Translations under genes and position numbers: made by a program | The notes under the pieces: model-generated | Database searches by the model: none | What the model saw: only the letters and a program-made list of their open reading frames with translations | Told to the model about the DNA's origin: nothing | Shown: in pieces, positions 25,147 to 32,000 of the stretch | Layout of the letters: the number at the start of each line of letters is the position of its first letter | Numbering within the stretch: the first letter of the stretch is position 1 | DNA from: Zygophlyctis sp. KS116 | Lineage: Eukaryota > Fungi > Chytridiomycota | Reading direction: 5' to 3' | Assembly (NCBI GenBank): GCA_054661495.1 | Contig: BAAFSQ010000045.1 | Span: forward strand, 1-32,000 | DNA: 32,000 nucleotides

Positions 25147-25414
25147 ATTGGATTTTTAGGATTATAATCTCAAGTTTATTCTATATTCTTTATATTCTAT
25201 AGGGAAATAAAATCTTGATAAGTTTAATGTCTAGAGTAGCGTTCTAGGTCATACACCTTGACAATGCACATTACGGGAATTAAAGTTGAGGGTAGAGGAA
25301 TAAAGAAGTAAAACTTTAATTCTTTAACCGAGAAATTAAACTTTTACAGTTGTAAATCAGACAATTTTTAGTCTAAAGTTTGCTAGGTTTGAACCCTCAA
25401 AATTCTTTTAGAAA

Positions 25415-25858
25415 ATGAAATTTTTCATGAAATTTTTGTTAAATTTACTTGTCGTGCAATTTGTCTATTCCCAATCACTAGATTCTACCCTAACTGCATT
25501 ACAACAGTCTGCATATTCAATCCCTAATATACCATGCTCATCACAGATTCTCATGACTTTGAATGAAGTTGAAAATATTTACTCTTCAAAAGGATTAAAT
25601 CAAGAATTTCTATCCGCACTCTCAACTTTAAAAAATGTCTCTGGAGATTTACCCGCTGCAACTCAATTTAGAACTTTACTGGATGAATCTATCAAGGGTT
25701 ACACAGAATTAGAAAATTCAATAATATCTCTAAATACTACAGTCTTTAAAACAGGCCCTGGACTTCCTCTAGGATTTGGTAAAAAGTCTAATTCTTCAAG
25801 ATTGGAATTTAATTACGTAATTTGGACATTGTTTGTTTTATTTATTATAAATTTATAA
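25415..25858 (+). CDS. Small secreted, probably GPI-anchored protein
   Basis: N-terminal signal-like stretch, and SNSS followed by a hydrophobic C-terminal tail. Confidence 0.62.
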   Translation: MKFFMKFLLNLLVVQFVYSQSLDSTLTALQQSAYSIPNIPCSSQILMTLNEVENIYSSKGLNQEFLSALSTLKNVSGDLPAATQFRTLLDESIKGYTELENSIISLNTTVFKTGPGLPLGFGKKSNSSRLEFNYVIWTLFVLFIINL

Positions 25859-25879
25859 ATTTAAAAGAATTTAAGTAGA

Positions 25880-26128
25880 ATGACTCTAGTAAAGGAATTG
25901 CAAGGAAAAGTATCTAGTATTTTATCAAGATTGGAACAAGTCAAGAAGAATGTAAAATCTGAAGAAATTTCAAAAATTCAAGATGAATTACATGAAATTG
26001 ATGAGAAATTCTCTAATGGAGTGATTTTAGAGTCTGATGGAACTATTGCTCCCGGACAAGGAGAATTGACAAGTGATATTAGTGATGCTCATGAGATTAT
26101 TGCAGATTTATTAGAGTCTATTGATTAA
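25880..26128 (+). CDS. 82-aa protein resembling a single DUF2408 (Cub1/YPL260W) repeat
   Basis: QDELHEIDEKFSNG....DGTIAPGQ..L resembles the recalled L..ID....G.F...G.IP.GQ..L repeat. Confidence 0.55.
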   Translation: MTLVKELQGKVSSILSRLEQVKKNVKSEEISKIQDELHEIDEKFSNGVILESDGTIAPGQGELTSDISDAHEIIADLLESID

Positions 26129-26582
26129 GCATCTCATCAAGTAATAAAGCAAAGTCCTGAGCTTTTTGACTGAAACCTGATTCAGTCTTGAATTCCAGTA
26201 AACGTTCAAAGAGATCAAGAGGATCTTTGGAAATTGATTTTAGAGTCTTTTCAGGCCAATCAATGACTTGTAAGATATTCACCAATTCTAATAGAGCGTT
26301 TGGATCTTGAGGATTTACAGTAATAACTTTGGTGTTTTCTGAATCATCAATACTAGAATCACTAGAATTAATGTAAATTATAGTTAAACTGGGATCAATT
26401 AGAGTTGAAACATGGATATCATCAAGGATTACTGCTTGAATATTGCTGTTAATCTCTAAATTTGAATGTATTCTTGTGTATTCTAAAGGAGCAGTATAAT
26501 ATTTGTTATCAAGAGTTTTTAGAGAATATACTCGAGTTTCAAAGTCTCTATCTTTAAGTGGAAATACTGCGATTTGATTCAT
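26118..26582 (-). CDS. IRC6: Irc6/AAGAB (adaptin-binding p34)-like protein
   Basis: LDNKYYTA motif, LVNILQVIDWP and a C-terminal helical LFERLLEFK segment. The ATG at 26582 is preferred over the upstream track start. Confidence 0.62.
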   Translation of the reverse strand: MNQIAVFPLKDRDFETRVYSLKTLDNKYYTAPLEYTRIHSNLEINSNIQAVILDDIHVSTLIDPSLTIIYINSSDSSIDDSENTKVITVNPQDPNALLELVNILQVIDWPEKTLKSISKDPLDLFERLLEFKTESGFSQKAQDFALLLDEMLNQ

Positions 26583-26598
26583 TCTTAGGACAGTAGGC

Positions 26599-26642
26599 TC
26601 GGTGGGTATCCTGAAACTTGCCCAATAAATATCAAAGATCAA
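26599..26642 (+). repeat. Bipartite direct repeat, left copy: TCGGTGGGTATC-N19-TATCAAAGATCAA
   Basis: Both boxes recur exactly at 27854-27865 and 27886-27898. Confidence 0.9.
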
Positions 26643-26767
26643 CCAATTCACTGAAAAATATGGCATAGTATGTCGGACAGACTCCTTTCGAGTGGTGGGA
26701 CTATTGTCGGGATCATTACAGATCACAATTATCGTGGCGAGTGGCACCGATCGGTTCTTAAAATAAA

Positions 26768-27784
26768 ATGAATATTGCAGCAGAAACAAAACAGCTGCTA
26801 CAGCAATACTATGGGCTCTCTGAAGGACTTCCAGCGCAAAGAATAAAGTCTAAATGGATTCCGGAAAACAACTTTGGCTTCTTGCTCGGCATCATTGCCT
26901 ATGGAAATGATACCCATATCACTCAACTCCACAGCTTGCTGCAAAACAATCAGTTCAAAGATCAGGAACAGTATTTTATTGACTTAATGTTTAACTGGTA
27001 CATTAGGCCTTTTCACAAGAGCTACAATAATTCAGAATCCTGCCATACTTCAAGAAGCGGCTCTGCTGAAAATTTAGAGATAGTGTCAGAAGGAAGTTTG
27101 TTGAGTCATAATCATTTTAAATCAGCTATCTTAGCAAGGGATGGTGTATGTTTGTTTTGTTGGGATATTTTGAGATGTGAAGGCGCTCATATTATTGCTC
27201 AGAAGAACATTGGAATCGAGTATGATGAATCCTCAATTTTCCATCGAGCTGGTCTTACTCAGAAACACCAAGTGCAGAATGGTTTACTCTTGTGTAAAAA
27301 ATGTCACGATTTATTTGACATATTAAAACGATATGTGGATGTCTTGGATGGCAAGTTTATTGTGAAGGTGGTGAATGAGTCAAATGATCCGAAGAGTGAT
27401 TGGTACAAAGTGTGGGAAAAAAACACTAGAAAATTAGAAGCAGATCGAACGTTTTATAAAAAAGATTGGACTCTTATTGATAATCGCCCAGCGGTTGAGC
27501 CTAATGGACAAATGGCCTTGTATTTCATTAAAAATGATCCAAATCAACTACCCCATAGCGATGCATTAAAATTTCATAAGACGGCTTGTCTAATATGGAG
27601 AATGGCAGGTGGTTCTGAACCTGATGAAGAATACTGTTCTGATGATGATGATGATGAACAATGCCCGGTGGATACGGCTGCCTTAAGAAAACGGTTTAAT
27701 CTCCCAGCCCAGGATTCATCCTCAACTCTAAATCCTGACACTGAAATGGTCACATCTCTGAATCAGGTTACTAATTTGATTTAA
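26768..27784 (+). CDS. HNH endonuclease (HNH_2-like; Crinkler/CR-effector-type C-terminal nuclease family)
   Basis: FKSAILARDGVCLFC..EGAHIIA..QNGLLLCKKCHDLFD and ALKFH..CLIWRMAGGSE. No introns. Confidence 0.85.
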   Translation: MNIAAETKQLLQQYYGLSEGLPAQRIKSKWIPENNFGFLLGIIAYGNDTHITQLHSLLQNNQFKDQEQYFIDLMFNWYIRPFHKSYNNSESCHTSRSGSAENLEIVSEGSLLSHNHFKSAILARDGVCLFCWDILRCEGAHIIAQKNIGIEYDESSIFHRAGLTQKHQVQNGLLLCKKCHDLFDILKRYVDVLDGKFIVKVVNESNDPKSDWYKVWEKNTRKLEADRTFYKKDWTLIDNRPAVEPNGQMALYFIKNDPNQLPHSDALKFHKTACLIWRMAGGSEPDEEYCSDDDDDEQCPVDTAALRKRFNLPAQDSSSTLNPDTEMVTSLNQVTNLI

Positions 27785-27853
27785 AATAAATAAATAATTA
27801 ATGTTGTTTTCGCATCAAAGTATCGTTGAAATACTGCATTATGCAGACTCTGA

Positions 27854-27898
27854 TCGGTGGGTATCTTCCATATCGGCTAGGAAATTATCAAAGATCAA
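27854..27898 (+). repeat. Bipartite direct repeat, right copy: TCGGTGGGTATC-N20-TATCAAAGATCAA
   Basis: Matches the boxes at 26599-26610 and 26630-26642. Ends 3 nt before the RAD18 ATG. Confidence 0.9.
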
Positions 27899-27901
27899 AG
27901 A

Positions 27902-28706
27902 ATGGAGTCTCAAATTATTCAGTATTTAAAATGTAGTATATGTAAAGATTTATTTGATACAGCAATGTCACTTTCATGCTCTCATACATTTTGTTCCCAA
28001 TGTATTAGAGTGTACACAAGCTGTAAAAGTAATTGTCCAACTTGTATGAGGGAAATCAAGGGGATTCATGAGCTCAGGAATGATAGATTGTTGGATGCTA
28101 TTGTTGAATTAGTCAAAAGAAAGGATAGCACTGATACTCTTCACGATTCTGGATATGGATCAGTAGAAAATGTAGAAAATGATTTAGAGCAAGATTCTGC
28201 AGAGATACAGCAAGAGCAGCCTGTCGAGTGTCCAATCTGTCATAACTATGTTATATTAAAGGATTTAAATACACATTTGGATTTGGGATGCAAGCAAGTT
28301 TCAAGTTTCTTTAAGAAAAAGTCAAAGGCTAGAGCTTTTAAACCAAGTGTTCCTTATTCTTGTTATAATGATAAGGAATTAAGAAGGTTGTTATCTGGAG
28401 ATGGACTATTGGCGAGTGGAGATCGTCAGACTCTGATTAAAAGACACTCTCAGTTTTTGCATATTCATAATTCAAATTTGGATAGATTGGATCCAAAACC
28501 GCAGGATTGGGTTCTTCAGCAGGTGGAAGACTGGGAAAGAAATGGTACATTTAGAAATTTACATTATAGTAATCGTCAAGTCAGTTCCTGCAAGTAATCA
28601 TTTAGAGAAATATAAAGAAGAATACGATGGATTAATTCAAGAAATTAAATCTAGATCAAGAAAACGTAGAAAAGTCCAAGATGATCAATTGGAAGATATT
28701 TTGTAA
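27902..28706 (+). CDS. RAD18: E3 ubiquitin ligase Rad18
   Basis: RING CSIC..CSHTFCSQCIR..CPTC, UBZ VECPIC..LNTHLD..C and SAP-like ELRRLL..GL..SGDR..LIKRH..NSNLD. Intron at 28545-28569. Confidence 0.92.
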
Positions 28707-28709
28707 AAT

Positions 28710-29140
28710 CTAGATTTTGTTCTCGGAATCTTGTTTTTCCATGAGTCGGACAGAATCAAGTTTTGAAGTCGCAAGCTAAAACTCAAATTATTAATAAATT
28801 TACCATATCTAATAATACACTCACCTTGAATCTTAACAAGTGATTTTCTGCTTCCAAAGTACGATTACGTTCAGTCATTTGAGGATCTGCATTAATGATT
28901 TCACTCTCTGAATTCAAAATTGAATAAATTACCTTGAGTCCATAGTTTGTCTTGGTATTTTAATCTCAAATGTCCAAGATCCATGTCGATTGGACGGTTC
29001 GCGTCTTGACCCAAGTAGACATTGAGTGGCGAAGGAGTCATTGGACTGGTAGGAGAAAGAATACTAGTAAATATTAAAAAACTCTAATACTTTGCATTTA
29101 ATCTTCTTGTACGATCTTTAACGTAATTCCAGGCCTCCAT
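28710..29140 (-). CDS. CBY1: Chibby-family basal body/ciliogenesis protein
   Basis: Spliced product (introns 29064-29090, 28908-28932, 28776-28803) reads ..PIDMDLGHLRLKYQDKLWTQE..NRTLEAENHLLRFKVSVLLDMLATSKLDS..LMEK, matching the Chibby EENNLLRLKVDILLDML coiled coil. Missed by the ORF track. Confidence 0.85.
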
Positions 29141-29224
29141 AAAAAATAATAGATCAATTCTCGGGCCATTTCCGTGGACGCACAATTTCTAGTGATATAA
29201 ACAGCCCAAAAATATTCGAAAAAA

Positions 29225-32000
29225 TCAACGGAAAGGAATGCCGTTTTGCATGTATTGGAAGCGATCATACAGGCCACTGGAAGTAAACAGTATTCATATA
29301 TACCTTCTAGTATTTTCATGACTCGACTTGATTAATGAAATCATATAATCTGCAGCTGCTCGATCAGTCTTGTCCAACTGGAATCGATCGCGTAATTTTC
29401 TAATTGTAGATTCACCTATTCTTCAATTTGTTTTAATTTTACCTTTAAAGCAAGGTAGGCTAGAATCAGACATAAGAGAGACCATTTCTACGATTTCTTC
29501 TGCATAAGGACGACATGCCAAAAATGCTTTTACACATAGGCGGGAGTACTCTTTGTAAAGAGGAGCATTAACATCTCCACCCATTACTTGAACCATTTCA
29601 GCGGTTAGTTTAAAGGGAGAAACTTCCAAAATCCCACCACCTGGAGCTATAGAAAGCATAAACCCAAAATCTTCAATTTTTAATTTAAGTTCACTCACCT
29701 ATATGAATAATATGCCCTTCTTTATCAAACATAATGTTGCCATTGTGTCGATCTTTAATCTGCAGGATATAAGATATAACAGAGTATGCAGCATGGCTCT
29801 TTACAAACTCTTTTTGGGCATTTTGAAAACTTTGTGAAGCTTCGTTTCCAAATTCTGCCAAATACCAACTACAGCTAAATAATAGTATAACATACTCATA
29901 TAAATGATTGACCTTTTCTCTACCCATCATATCCCTTGAAATTGAATTTGGGATAACCTCAATCACGCCACACTGAATAATTAAATATAAATCATGTACA
30001 CCGGGCTGAGTAGCCAAGACTCTATAAGGAAATACATACATATCCAATCCTGCAGTGAGAAAAATGTTTTTAAATATAGCGATTATCTGCAAAGCTAGGA
30101 CATCCTGTCTACAATCATCACCCACTTTGAAAATAGATGACATCCAACGTTCTTTAACAGGTTCATCTGCTTCTGAATTATTTATTGAATCTTTGACAAG
30201 GAATGTTGCCATAAAAGGTGCCTGTTGTCAGAATTCTCAAACCTTAAACTTACTTTTGCGTGACTTTGTAATGGGCGACCTGAGGTATAGTCTATATCTA
30301 CGACAATACTATCTGGATTTGTTGGAAGGTATACACCTTCTTGGAATTTGACTTTTCGCAATTCTTGATCAATTTTTTTCTAGAGTCAGCAAACCAGTGA
30401 ATTCAAACCTTCTTGTCCGCTTTAGTAGCTCCTGATTGCACCAACGGCTTCAGAGAACCAGATATTCCAGTTATTTGATTAAAAAATGAAAACTCTCTTT
30501 CGTAAAATTCTCTATCCTTTGCCGAAAACGAGCCAAGGATCAATTCCAAAACTCTATCTAGTATAGGTTTTAACGAATCTGGCTATATAATTATACTAGA
30601 ATTTGTTTACTTGTAAACCTTCATCATCCTTACACATATTTGCCTTCATATTCCATATAATTTGATGCGCAAAAAGCGGCGATGATTTGGCTGCCTTCAA
30701 GATAAATCTCTCAATAAATCCTTCAAATTAAAAGGTTTCAGAAAGTACCATAAGAGTCATATCGAAGAGCCTGAACAAGCTGTGGTACATAAAAAAAGAC
30801 ATGATCAGTTGGATAATTTTCTAGCGTACGCACAGCATACTGCAGGACCCACGGATGAACTGATTTTTTGCACAACATGCCAATTGCCAGCACTGGAGAG
30901 TTAACAGCCCAAAATAGAAGATACTTATGTTAAAAATATTCAAAAAGGTACTCTCATTGACGAATTTTGGTCGATTTTAGATTTTTCCTTTAGCTTTAAA
31001 AGATATAATGCATTATCCATTCCACTGACAGTTACCTCTGATAAAAAGCTATATTTTGTTAATTCTTCGTCAATCATTTTTCTAGCCGAAGAAAAACGAT
31101 AACGAAGCTGAACTGCAACAGAAGGATTTATTGCCCATGCAGTCTTCACAAGCTCTTTCCATTTCATCTAAAGTATAAAACATAATAAATACATCACGAT
31201 CATGCGAAGATTGACTTGGCAAATTTGGTACAGTTCGGGGATTTGTAGGATTAATCCACGCAGAAATTCTATGAATTTCATTTTCCAATAAAGGAATCAA
31301 TAATATGATGGCTTTACTAAAGTTGACATACTGATTCAGAGTAATCATCCATTTTTTTGATTTGTCTGCTGAGCTGAAATTGATGGATTTAAGTGCTGTA
31401 TAGAAAGAAAATATTTCTTTAAATCCTTCTTCAGAGCAGTCGCCGTATCTAAGGAATTAAACGAATCAATAGTGAAATACATTGGTGCGTGTTCAAACCA
31501 TTTAAATGAATATTCAAAGACGCATGTCCAAATAAGAGCCGACTGTTTACAATCCTCGGCTTCTAACGCCAAGGATACTTCCAGTTGTAAATTACAAAGT
31601 GCAAACCAAACTTCTCTGGTTGACCAAGTATATCTATAAGATTAAAATTTCACCTTAAGTAACATACTGTTGATTAGAGACAAATGAAGCAACTGTTTGG
31701 ACAAAATCAGCATACGGCTGAATTTTAGCAACTCCTAAGAATTTGTCCGTTTTAAAACTATGTAAAAACATTCGGACTATCTGAAGATGCACACTAGATA
31801 TGTTACCATTTTCGACTTGACGATCTGTAGATCCATAAGTTATCTTACTATGGAAAGGATGCAAACTTCTAGCTACTTAACTACAAAAAATACATGGTTG
31901 GTTTAGAATAAATTCCCAATTTTTTTTGATATGATAGCTGCCATAGCTTTCTTAGATTTTCTAAAATCAGTGCAGTTCTAGCGGGTTTTGCAGATAATAC
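29225..32000 (-). CDS. STT4: Phosphatidylinositol 4-kinase type III alpha (3' part; 5' end outside window)
   Basis: [63 protein letters not shown]|[13 protein letters not shown] and [13 protein letters not shown]. Many ~25-27-nt introns. Confidence 0.95.

Larger units (their letters stand above)
26599..27898 (+). mobile_element. Candidate HNH-endonuclease insertion bounded by bipartite direct repeats
   Basis: An intronless nuclease ORF lies between two repeat copies. Collapsing the repeats leaves a 64-nt divergent IRC6/RAD18 spacer, in the range of others in this window. Confidence 0.5.

Noticed and set aside
26583-26789. 69-aa N-terminal extension of the minus-strand track ORF 26118..26789
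   Set aside because: It runs antisense into the HNH gene start and across the repeat. Irc6-like similarity begins only after the ATG at 26582.
27834-27853. CTGCA-tta-TGCAG hairpin near the right end of the HNH cassette as a Helitron terminus
   Set aside because: The stem is short, there is no CTRR end, and Helitrons do not generate flanking direct repeats.
28745-28754. GTCGGACAGA shared with 26672-26681, a possible element end
   Set aside because: This copy lies inside the last Chibby coding exon, so it is most likely chance.
29098-29319. 73-aa minus-strand track ORF
   Set aside because: It is an out-of-frame read spanning the last STT4 intron and exon and Chibby exon 1.

Overview
AT-rich, extremely compact eukaryotic nuclear DNA, most likely from a zoosporic (chytrid-like) fungus. 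This is inferred from fungal trifunctional His4, Met2 and a chytrid-type S41 peptidase occurring together with the flagellar genes TTLL1 and Chibby and a SNAPC4-like gene. I can reconstruct about 25 protein-coding genes, most split by very short GT-AG introns (nearly all 23-34 nt), which is why the ORF track is fragmented. Five genes are essentially absent from the track: thioredoxin, mitochondrial L33, a TPR protein, Chibby and an RNase MRP RNA. Genes abut or overlap: convergent pairs share stop codons and co-oriented genes sit as little as 2-10 nt apart. Highlights: (1) an intronless HNH-endonuclease gene bracketed by a duplicated bipartite ~45-bp direct repeat, apparently inserted into the IRC6/RAD18 divergent promoter; (2) a minimal ~167-nt RNase MRP RNA; (3) ultra-short introns; (4) operon-like tandem gene packing; (5) a probably catalytically dead secreted S41 peptidase. 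All calls come from manual reading and motif recall. No database searches were run.
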